A stretch of 64,000 nucleotides of DNA from an uncultured Planctomycetaceae bacterium (lineage in GTDB: Bacteria; Planctomycetota; PLA2), in the NCBI GenBank assembly GCA_964570285.1, contig CAZMXP010000010.1, positions 10,512 through 74,511 of the forward strand, given 5' to 3'. The notes under the pieces were generated by a model. It worked only from the letters and a program-made list of their open reading frames with translations. It was not told the origin of the DNA and made no database searches. The position numbers and the translations under genes were made by a program. Of this stretch, positions 29,513 through 37,820 are shown in pieces (the first letter of the stretch is position 1; the number at the start of each line of letters is the position of its first letter).

Positions 29513-31390
29513 GTGCACATGAAGGACGCACCTGCTCGACTCGCGATGCTCTGCGCGGTCCTGCTCGCCTGCTGCGGCGGGGCGCCAATTGCGGAGCTGC
29601 CCCTGGGGCAGTCCGGATCGGGCACCTACCGCCTCGCGGGGCGGGTGACGGACAGCGCGGGATGGCCCGTGGAGGGCGCCGAGGTATCCCTCGGCGAGAT
29701 GAGTGGCGACGTCAGGCGGGCGGAGCCGCGGTCGACGCGATGCGCCGACGATGGAACGTTCGAGTTCGTGGGGGTCACGATGGGCAACTGCCAGCTTGCG
29801 GTGCAAGCCGCTGGCTATGCCACGACCTGTCGCTCCGTGCCCTCCGGCGATGCGGACCTCGCGTTGACGCTATGGCGCCCGGCCTCCATATCCGGCGTGG
29901 TCGTGGACGCGGCGGGCCTTCCGACACGCGCCGAGGTGTCGCGCCTCTCGGACCGCGGCATGTGGGGAACACCCTCCGATGCGACCGACGAGTCCGGCGC
30001 ATTCCGGTATGACGGGCGTACGCCGGGGTCCTTCCACATCCGTGCACTCACGAAGAGCGGCGAGGAGGCCGATCTGCTGTTGCAACTCGCCGAGGGGGCC
30101 CAGCATCACGGCCTGCGCCTGCAAGTCGGCCCCCCGCGGCGATCATGGGTGCGGCTCCGGACCGTCGACCACGGAGGCAAGGGCGTGGCTGCGGAGGAGT
30201 TGTCCTTCACCTGGTCCGACGGGCGCCCGCGCATCGAGCCCGTGGGACAGGAGGTGCTGGCCGTCTACGATCTGCCGCCCGGAAGCGAGGTCACGCTGCG
30301 GGTGCAGAGGGGCGACGAGGCCGCGGCCGATCTCCGCGCGAAGACCGCATCGTCACCCGACAGCGCTCCCGCGGAGTTGACTCTCCCCCAGATGGTCCCC
30401 GTCCGTTTCGAGTCCGAGCCGCACGTAGACCGCCTCGGCGTGGGCGTCTGGCGCGGGGACTGGGAGATCGAGTTCGGCAGGACGCCACAGCGGCTGAGTC
30501 CAGCTTGCAGCTACGACGTGCGGTTCGAGGCGCGCGGCTATCTGCCGCACATCGAGTTCGACTGGCGACCGTCGCCGGAGGGCTCGGTGCTCAGGGTCCC
30601 GCTGAAGCCCGCGGCGACCGTGACCGGCACGGTCGTGGACCTCGACGGCAGGCCGCTCCCGAGTGCCACGGTCAAGGTCGGCGGTGTCGAATACTCCACC
30701 CCGGTCAGCGACGACGGGACCTTCAGCCTCGACGCTCTCGAACCCGGGGAGCAGGTGATCTGCGCGGATGTCGCGTGGACGCGCGTGGCCGCCACGCGCG
30801 TGCGCGCGGTTGCAGGAGTGGCCACAGACATCGGCAACCTGGTCGCCCAACGGCCTCGCCGGGTCGCAGGCCGCATTCGCGACGAATCCGGCCGCCCGAT
30901 CGGCGGCGCCCAACTCACCTTCGTGACGCTGCTGCGGGGCGGGTACTTCCTCTCAGACTCCGCCGACCAGTCCGAGACCTACTCGCACCACGACGGCCGG
31001 TTCGCCTTCGAGGTGCCCGGCGTCGCCGGCACCCTGATCGCCCACAAGCAGGGTTTTGGGACGACTCCTGTCGCGTGGCCCGAGGGCGAACCGGTGGGCC
31101 TCGAGGTCGTGTTGCCGCGCCCCGCGCTGCTGCGAGTCTCCGCGCTGCCCGAGCCCGAGTGGAACGACACCGGCTGGACCTGCTCGATCCGCTGGCCGGA
31201 CGGGACCGTGTGGGACATCGACGAGTTCCTCCCCTGCGACGTGGAGGTAGCCCCGGGTGCAATCGAAGTCCTGGGCCACTTCCAGCCCTACCGCATCGCG
31301 CCCTACTTCCGGTCCGACCTCGGCGGCACGAGGACGCGCAGCATCCTCGCTGTCGCCGGCGAGACCTTCCGCGTCGAGTTCGAGCGATAG
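29513..31390 (+). CDS. Lipoprotein with CarbopepD_reg-like repeats
   Basis: Lipobox AVLLACCGG; repeats RVTDSAGWPVEGAEVSL, GVVVDAAGLPTRAEV, GTVVDLDGRPLPSATVKV, GRIRDESGRPIGGAQLTF. Confidence 0.65.
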   Translation: MHMKDAPARLAMLCAVLLACCGGAPIAELPLGQSGSGTYRLAGRVTDSAGWPVEGAEVSLGEMSGDVRRAEPRSTRCADDGTFEFVGVTMGNCQLAVQAAGYATTCRSVPSGDADLALTLWRPASISGVVVDAAGLPTRAEVSRLSDRGMWGTPSDATDESGAFRYDGRTPGSFHIRALTKSGEEADLLLQLAEGAQHHGLRLQVGPPRRSWVRLRTVDHGGKGVAAEELSFTWSDGRPRIEPVGQEVLAVYDLPPGSEVTLRVQRGDEAAADLRAKTASSPDSAPAELTLPQMVPVRFESEPHVDRLGVGVWRGDWEIEFGRTPQRLSPACSYDVRFEARGYLPHIEFDWRPSPEGSVLRVPLKPAATVTGTVVDLDGRPLPSATVKVGGVEYSTPVSDDGTFSLDALEPGEQVICADVAWTRVAATRVRAVAGVATDIGNLVAQRPRRVAGRIRDESGRPIGGAQLTFVTLLRGGYFLSDSADQSETYSHHDGRFAFEVPGVAGTLIAHKQGFGTTPVAWPEGEPVGLEVVLPRPALLRVSALPEPEWNDTGWTCSIRWPDGTVWDIDEFLPCDVEVAPGAIEVLGHFQPYRIAPYFRSDLGGTRTRSILAVAGETFRVEFER

Positions 31391-31440
31391 TCTCCCCCTG
31401 TAGTCCCGGGCGCGGGTTTCCGCTATCAACATGGAGCGCG

Positions 31441-33462
31441 ATGGAGTCCGACGAAGAACTGCTCGCCCGCCTCGTCGAGGAGTACCACCGGCGCTCGGCG
31501 CAGGGGGCGCGCCCGTCGCCGGAGGAGTTCCGCGGGCAGGCAGGCGCCTGCTACGAAAGGCTGCTCGAACTCCTCCGGCAGGAGGCGCTGCTCGACAGCG
31601 CCATCGAAGGGGGCACGGGGGAACGGTTCCCGCGCACCTTCGGCGAATACACGCTGCTCGAACTGCTCGGCCGCGGCGGCATCGGCAACGTCTACAAGGC
31701 GGTCCACCGCCCCCTCGCACGCACCGTCGCGCTGAAGGTCTTGCAGGGCGGGTGGGCCGACGACGCGGAACTGGTCGAGCGGTTCCAGCGCGGCGCGCGG
31801 GCGGCGGCGCAGGTCGAGCACGACCATGTCGTGCGCATCCACGATGTCGGGGTCTTCGAGGGAAGGCCCTACATCGCGATGTCGCTTGTCACGGGCAGCG
31901 ACCTGAACGTGCTGTTCAAGAAGCTGCGCGTCGCGGGTCCGGCCCCCTTCACCCCCACCCATCACGCGATTCTCGACGAAGCCAACATCCCGGGCCACGG
32001 CACCGACACCGCAGCCTTCGTGCGGCGCATCGCGGCGCTGCTCGCCGGTCCCGCCGACGCGCTCGACCTCTACCACCGGGCCGGAATCCTCCACCGCGAC
32101 GTCAAGCCCGCCAACCTGCTGCTCGACCGCGGCGGACGCCTCGTGCTCACCGACTTCGACCTTGCGCGACGCTTCGAGACGAGCGCGCAGACGGCCGGCG
32201 GCACCCTCGGCACGCCGGGGTACATGAGCCCCGAGCAGTGGGATCCGGCGGTGGCCGAGATCGATGCGCGCAGCGACGTCTACTCTCTCGGGTGCGTCCT
32301 CTTCGAGGCGCTGACGCGCCATCCGCCCTTCCACGACGCCGACGATCCGGTGCGGACGATGAAGCGGGTGCTGACGGAGTCGGCACCCGACCCGGTGCGT
32401 TTCGTGCCCGACCTCGCCGCGGATGCGCGCCGAGTCGTCGGAAAGGCGCTGGAGAGGCGCCGCGAGGATCGCTACGCGGACGCCGCGGCGTTTGCCGCGG
32501 ACCTGCGCGCGCTCGCAAGGGCGGGCTCGGTCGCGGCGCGGCCCGTCCCGCTCGCGCGGCGGCTCGCGCGGCGCGCGTGGCAGCGGCGGGCCCCGCTCGC
32601 CGCGGCGCTGCTGACCGCGCTGGTCGCGCTCCTGCTCTGGGCCTCCCGCGGCGCGCACCTGTCGATCCTGCCGTGGCCCGACGCCGACGTCTGGCTCGAC
32701 GGCGTCGCGCTCGGGCGCACGCCGCTCAAGGACCGCCGGGTCAGCGCGGGGGAGCACGACGTCGTGCTGCGCCGCACCGGCTTTCGGGAGCATCGCGTGC
32801 GCTTCCATGTCGCCGCGGGCGAGTCGCGCACCCTCGACCCGCGCCTGCCGATCCTCGACGAGAACGATCCCGCGGTGCTCGTGGCGATCTTCGAGGCGGC
32901 GGGCGTCCGCACGCTCCAGCCGCCTCCGCGAGCGACCTACCGCACCGAGCCCGCCCGTCGCGGCGCGCCCCTTCCGCTGCTGCCCCGTGGCAAGGTGCGG
33001 CGCGCCGATTGCAAGACCTTCGAGATCGAGGCTGCTGCGGTCGAGGATGCGGAGCTGGTTCTACAGGAGATCGACGGCCAGGAGGTCTGGCGCAGGCCGC
33101 TTCGCCTCGTCGCCGGCCGCAACCGCGCGGAGGGCGCGCCGGAACTGCTCGTCGGCGCGACCTACCGCTGGAGGACCGGCGGCAGCGAGTGGGTGGAATT
33201 CACCGTCGTGAAGGATCTCGACCTGACCAGCGTGATGTCGGTACGTGCGGACGGCCACAACTCGCTTGCGGACAAGCTGGAGACCCGACTGCTGCACCAG
33301 GAGGAGCTCTTCACCGCCCTGCTGGTGAAACTGAGGGGGCTCGGGGGCGGCGCGGAGACTGAGACGCAGATGCGCTGGAGCGCCGTCGACGCGCTGGGCA
33401 TCCGCAACTCGGCGGAGGCGGAGGTGATCGGCCGCGACCTGGTCGGCGATGGCGAGCGGTGA
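31441..33462 (+). CDS. Ser/Thr protein kinase (Hanks-type) with TM segment and C-terminal PEGA domain
   Basis: GxGxxG LLGRGGIGNVYKA, VAIK-like VALKVL, HRDVKPANLLL, DFDLA, GTPGYMSPEQ; TM LAAALLTALVALLLWA; PEGA-like ILPWPDADVWLDGVALGRTPL...VVLRRTGF. Confidence 0.85.
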   Translation: MESDEELLARLVEEYHRRSAQGARPSPEEFRGQAGACYERLLELLRQEALLDSAIEGGTGERFPRTFGEYTLLELLGRGGIGNVYKAVHRPLARTVALKVLQGGWADDAELVERFQRGARAAAQVEHDHVVRIHDVGVFEGRPYIAMSLVTGSDLNVLFKKLRVAGPAPFTPTHHAILDEANIPGHGTDTAAFVRRIAALLAGPADALDLYHRAGILHRDVKPANLLLDRGGRLVLTDFDLARRFETSAQTAGGTLGTPGYMSPEQWDPAVAEIDARSDVYSLGCVLFEALTRHPPFHDADDPVRTMKRVLTESAPDPVRFVPDLAADARRVVGKALERRREDRYADAAAFAADLRALARAGSVAARPVPLARRLARRAWQRRAPLAAALLTALVALLLWASRGAHLSILPWPDADVWLDGVALGRTPLKDRRVSAGEHDVVLRRTGFREHRVRFHVAAGESRTLDPRLPILDENDPAVLVAIFEAAGVRTLQPPPRATYRTEPARRGAPLPLLPRGKVRRADCKTFEIEAAAVEDAELVLQEIDGQEVWRRPLRLVAGRNRAEGAPELLVGATYRWRTGGSEWVEFTVVKDLDLTSVMSVRADGHNSLADKLETRLLHQEELFTALLVKLRGLGGGAETETQMRWSAVDALGIRNSAEAEVIGRDLVGDGER

Positions 33463-33508
33463 GGGTGGAATTTTCCCCAAGAGCGGTACTAACGAGCCTG
33501 GCTCCGCC
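33444..33508. repeat. 65-bp direct repeat copy 1 (contains the kinase stop codon and a duplicated copy of the CPBP gene 3' end)
   Basis: 64/65 identical to 34180-34244. Confidence 0.85.
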
Positions 33509-33513
33509 TGTGC

Positions 33514-34053
33514 TCAGAAGATCGCGGCCACAGGAAGTTCGAAGCCGGGCAGCAGGTCGCCTCCGCGAATGACTTCCGACTCGGCGAAGGCTACCGGCTT
33601 TCCGCCCGCGCGGTGGACAGCGACCGTCCGCGCCTGAGGATCCACCACCCAGACCTCCGCCGCCCCCGCCTCAAGCCACTCGGCGACCTTCTCACGGACG
33701 TAGCCAGGGCGGTCGTCGGGCGAGAGCACCTCGACCGCGAGATCCGGAGCGCCCGGGTAGAACCCGCGGACTGGCACGGGCGTGCGACCCGCACGGACGA
33801 ACGAGACATCCGGCGCGCGCACCGTGTCGGGGTCGTGCGAGAGGAGGAAGCCCGTCTCGGCGGCGAAGACCGTTCCGAGCTGGCGAGCGGTCACGAATCC
33901 GGTGAGTCGGTACGCGAGCATGTTGGCGACCCGGCCATGGTCGGCCCCAGCCGGGACCATCATCACGAGCTTCCCCCGGACGAGTTCGCACCGACCGATG
34001 TCCCCGGCGCGGAGCAGCGCCTCGGCGGTCGTGATTGCGGCGGCCATGGGCAT
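33514..34053 (-). CDS. Uma2-family (DUF820, PD-(D/E)xK-like) putative endonuclease
   Basis: AEALLRAGDIGRCELVRGKLVMMVPAGADHGRVANMLAYRL...DVSFV...PDLAVEVLSP is the Uma2 signature; TACAAT 5 nt upstream of the ATG, possibly leaderless. Confidence 0.7.
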   Translation of the reverse strand: MPMAAAITTAEALLRAGDIGRCELVRGKLVMMVPAGADHGRVANMLAYRLTGFVTARQLGTVFAAETGFLLSHDPDTVRAPDVSFVRAGRTPVPVRGFYPGAPDLAVEVLSPDDRPGYVREKVAEWLEAGAAEVWVVDPQARTVAVHRAGGKPVAFAESEVIRGGDLLPGFELPVAAIF

Positions 34054-34179
34054 CGGCGATTGTAGCCCATGCCCATTTGACGGGAGTGGGTGTCACGCGC
34101 CAATCGCGCCAGGAATAGCGCGAGAGGAGGAGGGAGGGGCTCAGGCCAGACTCAAGCGGCGCGGGAGCGGCAGTCTGTA

Positions 34180-34244
34180 CGGCGATGGCGAGCGGTGAGG
34201 GTGGAATATTCCCCAAGAGCGGTACTAACGAGCCTGGCTCCGCC
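34180..34244. repeat. 65-bp direct repeat copy 2 (contains the authentic 3' end and stop of the CPBP protease gene and a duplicated kinase 3' end)
   Basis: See 33444-33508. Confidence 0.85.
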
Positions 34245-35064
34245 CGACGGCCAGCAGCAGCACGCCCATCAGCGCCGTGCCGAGCAGGCCGTCATGGAGG
34301 CGGGGGCCGCCGAAGATCCAGGGGCCGAGGCCGACGGCCACCGACGAGAGGAAGCGTCGGTAGAAGTCGAGCGCGAAGACGAGGCCGGCGTGGAGGCCGA
34401 TGCCGGCGTAGAGCGAGCCGGTGCGCTCGCGGAGGCGATTCAGCGCGAGGCCGAAGAGAAAGAGGCTCAGGAAACCGAGAGTCGCGGAGCGGAGGTCGCC
34501 CCAGGCACCCAGGAGCTCGGGCAGCCTGCGGAGGACGAGGAGCGGATCGTAGGCGGCCGGTGCCGGAGCGCTCGTGATCGCGGGCCGCATGAAGTGCGCG
34601 CCGGCGTAGAGCGCGGCGCTGGCGACGCCGCCCAGGGCGTCCTTCAGATACCCGCGGCAGAGGATCTCCTCGAGGAAGCCGACGGCCACGCCGGCGACGA
34701 TGCTGCCCAGGATGTGCCGCAGGAACGGGATGCGGTAGGGACCGGGGAGCGGCTCGCGGCCACCCAGCATCCACGAGACGACCACCAGCAGGGCGAGGAG
34801 CACGATGCCCGCCGCGGCCCCGAGCGCGAATCGCCGTGCGCGGTGCGGGGGGCGGAGGCCGAGGGCGGCGAGGCGCGCCGGCCACGTCGCGGGCGAGCCG
34901 CGACGCACGCAGAAGGCGACGATCAGCGCGATCAGGAAGACGCGGGTCGTGACGCGATGGAAGGGGGTCCCGGGGAGCATCACGCCGAAGACCGGAGCGA
35001 GCAGCACCGCGGCGACGAATGCCCCGAGGAACCGCTTCAGGAGATCGACGTGCAGGGCGCTCAC
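34225..35064 (-). CDS. CPBP-family (CAAX protease / bacteriocin-processing) intramembrane metalloprotease
   Basis: EEILCRGYL (EExxxR) motif, FxxxH-like AGAHFM, multiple TM helices; GTG start at 35064. Confidence 0.65.
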   Translation of the reverse strand: MSALHVDLLKRFLGAFVAAVLLAPVFGVMLPGTPFHRVTTRVFLIALIVAFCVRRGSPATWPARLAALGLRPPHRARRFALGAAAGIVLLALLVVVSWMLGGREPLPGPYRIPFLRHILGSIVAGVAVGFLEEILCRGYLKDALGGVASAALYAGAHFMRPAITSAPAPAAYDPLLVLRRLPELLGAWGDLRSATLGFLSLFLFGLALNRLRERTGSLYAGIGLHAGLVFALDFYRRFLSSVAVGLGPWIFGGPRLHDGLLGTALMGVLLLAVGRSQAR

Positions 35065-36470
35065 GACTCCTCCGCGTGGGCGAGGCGGATCGTCGCCGCG
35101 AGCAGCGGGATCGCGAGGATCGTTGCCGTGCCGAGCACGAACTCCACGGGGATCGGCCCAAATCGCTCCCGCACCTGCCATGACAGCCCTGCCATCGTTC
35201 CCGCGAGCAGGACTGCCGAGATGACGAAGAGGGTCCGCGCCGCAGCCGCGCGGATGGCGCGACCGGGGCGCCGGCGGGCGCCGGCGCGCCAGAGAAGGGC
35301 GAGCATTGCCAGCGTCACGAACCAGACGCCGCGCCGGGCGAGTCGGGTCTCGAGCAGCCAGCGCAGGCCGGCCCACGCACCCGAACTCTCCAGCATGCCG
35401 GCGCCGTAGGAGGCGCTGCTGAGCGTCCCGCCGGGCACCGCGTAGAGGATGCGCGTGAGGCTGCGCCGGAGGGCGTCGACGACGCCCGCGGGGCTTTCGG
35501 CGGCCTGCGCGGGCAGGAGCGTCAGCGCCGTCACGTGGGGCCCGTACTTGTAGTCGAGCACGCCCAGCATCGCCTTGCCTAGGCGGCGGCAGGTCTCGGT
35601 CACGGCGGCCCCGCCGTGGATGTGCGCATTGACCAGTTCGGCCCCCGCAGCCCCCCCCGAGAGCACTTCGTCCAGCGGGCGCGAATGGTCCGACCAGGGG
35701 TGGGCGACAACTGCGCACCCCCCCTCCCGCTCCACGTCGGCGAGGACGCTGGCGAAGGGCAGCGCCGGGTCGTGGCGCCGCTTCACGTGGACGAGCACGA
35801 GATCGGGATCCCCGGTCCACTCGCTGCCGACCAGCGCGAGCAGCGGCGGCTCGGCCCGCTCGCGGCCCTGCTCGAGCGCGCGCCACGCGCCCTCGACGGT
35901 GTTGCGGTCGCTGACGTTGAGCACGCGGAAGCCCCGCGCGTAGTGCCAGCGCCAGAGGTCGCGCGGCGACAGGAATCCGGTCGAGTGGTTCGACTGCGCG
36001 TGCAGGCTCGCGGGCACAAATCCGCCCGCCTCGGGGCCAAGGCGGATCGAACGGCCCGGCAGGAAGCAGGAGGCGTAGACGAGGCCGACGCAGAGCGGCA
36101 CCCCCAGCGCGAGGGTCACGACGACGCGCCGCAGCCCGCACCGCAGTCCGCCGCACCAGAGCCCCAGCACGAGCGCGCAGAAGGCCGCCGCGCCGAGCAG
36201 CACGGCGCACCCCTCGGGACCGGCGTCGGCGGTGGCGTAGGCGAGGTCGAGCACGAGCGCGTTCCAGACGAGGCGGTCGCGCTCGGGGTGCTCGATGCGC
36301 GCGAACGAGGGCGGGCAGAGCGTGTCGCGGCCCGCCTCGTCCACGAGGTGGAGGTCGGCGGGACGATGCTCCAGCACCGGCGCGAGGAAGATCGCGAGGC
36401 CGAGCAGCGCGAGCGTCGAGAAGAGCCGGAGCCATCTCACGGGAGCAGCGCCAGGATCTCGCGGGCGCAC
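35061..36470 (-). CDS. Membrane-anchored PHP-like (polymerase/histidinol-phosphatase fold) phosphoesterase domain protein
   Basis: N-terminal TM helices; His-rich motifs (VLNVSDRNT, VVAHPW, NAHIHGG); start uncertain (GTG at 36470 overlaps waaA by 34 nt; alternative GTG ~36440). Confidence 0.45.
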   Translation of the reverse strand: MRPRDPGAAPVRWLRLFSTLALLGLAIFLAPVLEHRPADLHLVDEAGRDTLCPPSFARIEHPERDRLVWNALVLDLAYATADAGPEGCAVLLGAAAFCALVLGLWCGGLRCGLRRVVVTLALGVPLCVGLVYASCFLPGRSIRLGPEAGGFVPASLHAQSNHSTGFLSPRDLWRWHYARGFRVLNVSDRNTVEGAWRALEQGRERAEPPLLALVGSEWTGDPDLVLVHVKRRHDPALPFASVLADVEREGGCAVVAHPWSDHSRPLDEVLSGGAAGAELVNAHIHGGAAVTETCRRLGKAMLGVLDYKYGPHVTALTLLPAQAAESPAGVVDALRRSLTRILYAVPGGTLSSASYGAGMLESSGAWAGLRWLLETRLARRGVWFVTLAMLALLWRAGARRRPGRAIRAAAARTLFVISAVLLAGTMAGLSWQVRERFGPIPVEFVLGTATILAIPLLAATIRLAHAEES

Positions 36471-37726
36471 CGTTCGGCGGCTCCGCGATGGAGGGCGAGC
36501 AGCTCCTCGCCGGCCGAGGCGAGGCGGTTGCGGTGCCCCTCGTCGGCGAGGAGCGATTCGAGCGCGGGGGCGAGTCCGCCGGGCCCGTCGATCTGGACCC
36601 CCGCCCCGAGCCTCAGGAACTCGGCGGCGATCCGGGCGGCCTTGCCGTGGTGCGGGCCAAAGACCACCGGCACGCCGCAGACGAGCGGTTCAAGCAGATT
36701 GTGCAGTCCGACTTCCGGCGTCAGTCCGCCCCCGACATAGGCCACGCTGGCGAGATTGTAGGCGGAGGCGAGTTCCCCCATCGTGTCGAGCACGAGCAGG
36801 TCGCCGCTCCCCCCCTGCGTGCGCCGCACGGCCTTGAGCCCCCGCGCGGCGGCCCCCGCCACCAGGGCCTCCGCGCGCTCCTGCCGGCGCGGCGCGATGA
36901 CCGCGTGCAGCCCGATGCCGCGGGAGCGCAGCGCGGTGATCGCCTCGAGCAGCGGCGCCTCGTCCTCGGCCAGCGTGGAGCCCGCGACGAGCAGCGGCGA
37001 GCCGGGGGCAAGGCCTAGGCGCGCGCGCAGCGCCGGGATCTCCTCCTCGGGCAGGCGCACGCCGCTGCCGTCGAACTTGAGGTTGCCGCAGACCTTGATC
37101 CGCCCGGCGGGGGCCCCGCGCCCCCCCAGATTCGCCGCGTCCGAAGCGGTCTGCATCAGGAAGAGGTCCACCCGCGAGAGCACCGCAGCCCAGAACGAGC
37201 GCGGGAAGGAGCGCGGCCCCGCGTGGCCCGAGGCCACCGCGGAGGGCACCCCGCGCCGGCGCAGCAGCCGGACGAGGTTGGGCCAGAGGTCGGTCTCGAC
37301 CATCACGTAGAGCATCGGATGGATGCGGTTGTCGAAGCGGCGGCAGAAGAGCGGCAGGTCGAGCGGGGAGAAGGTGATCGCGTCCACCTGCCCGGCGAGT
37401 TGGCGCTTCGCCATCTCGAGGCCGTAGCGCGACGTGACGGTGAAGAGGAAGGGGTGGCCGGGGAGCGCCGCGCGCAACAGGCGGACGAGGCCGCTTGCCG
37501 AGACCGTCTCGCCGGCGGACGCGGCGTGGATCCAGACGGCGCGGCGGCCCTGGAAGGGGGCGAGCGTGTCGGGGGAGAAGATCCCCATGCGCTCGCGGAA
37601 CTGGCCCCGGTAGCGGCCGCGCGCGAAGCGGACGAAGAGCCAATAGGGAAGGAGCAGGAGCGCGCCCAGATGGAGCAGCAGGTTGTACAGCGCGTACCAG
37701 GACCGGAGGAGCGCCCCTTCGGGCAT
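36437..37726 (-). CDS. waaA: 3-deoxy-D-manno-octulosonic acid (Kdo) transferase
   Basis: N-terminal TM plus WIHAASAGE motif; C-terminal GT-B domain; length 429 aa. Confidence 0.85.
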   Translation of the reverse strand: MPEGALLRSWYALYNLLLHLGALLLLPYWLFVRFARGRYRGQFRERMGIFSPDTLAPFQGRRAVWIHAASAGETVSASGLVRLLRAALPGHPFLFTVTSRYGLEMAKRQLAGQVDAITFSPLDLPLFCRRFDNRIHPMLYVMVETDLWPNLVRLLRRRGVPSAVASGHAGPRSFPRSFWAAVLSRVDLFLMQTASDAANLGGRGAPAGRIKVCGNLKFDGSGVRLPEEEIPALRARLGLAPGSPLLVAGSTLAEDEAPLLEAITALRSRGIGLHAVIAPRRQERAEALVAGAAARGLKAVRRTQGGSGDLLVLDTMGELASAYNLASVAYVGGGLTPEVGLHNLLEPLVCGVPVVFGPHHGKAARIAAEFLRLGAGVQIDGPGGLAPALESLLADEGHRNRLASAGEELLALHRGAAERCAREILALLP

Positions 37727-37820
37727 CGGCCGATTGTAGACGACCGCCGGAGGGCTTTGTACCGGGGTACCCGGCGGTTAGACTCGGTGGCTCCCCGTCG
37801 GTCCGTCCCCTCGCGTTCCC

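Noticed and set aside
31431-31440. Upstream ATG (MERDGVRRR...) as kinase start
   Set aside because: It is in a different frame from the kinase domain. The in-frame ATG at 31441 (MESDEELL) begins the conserved protein.
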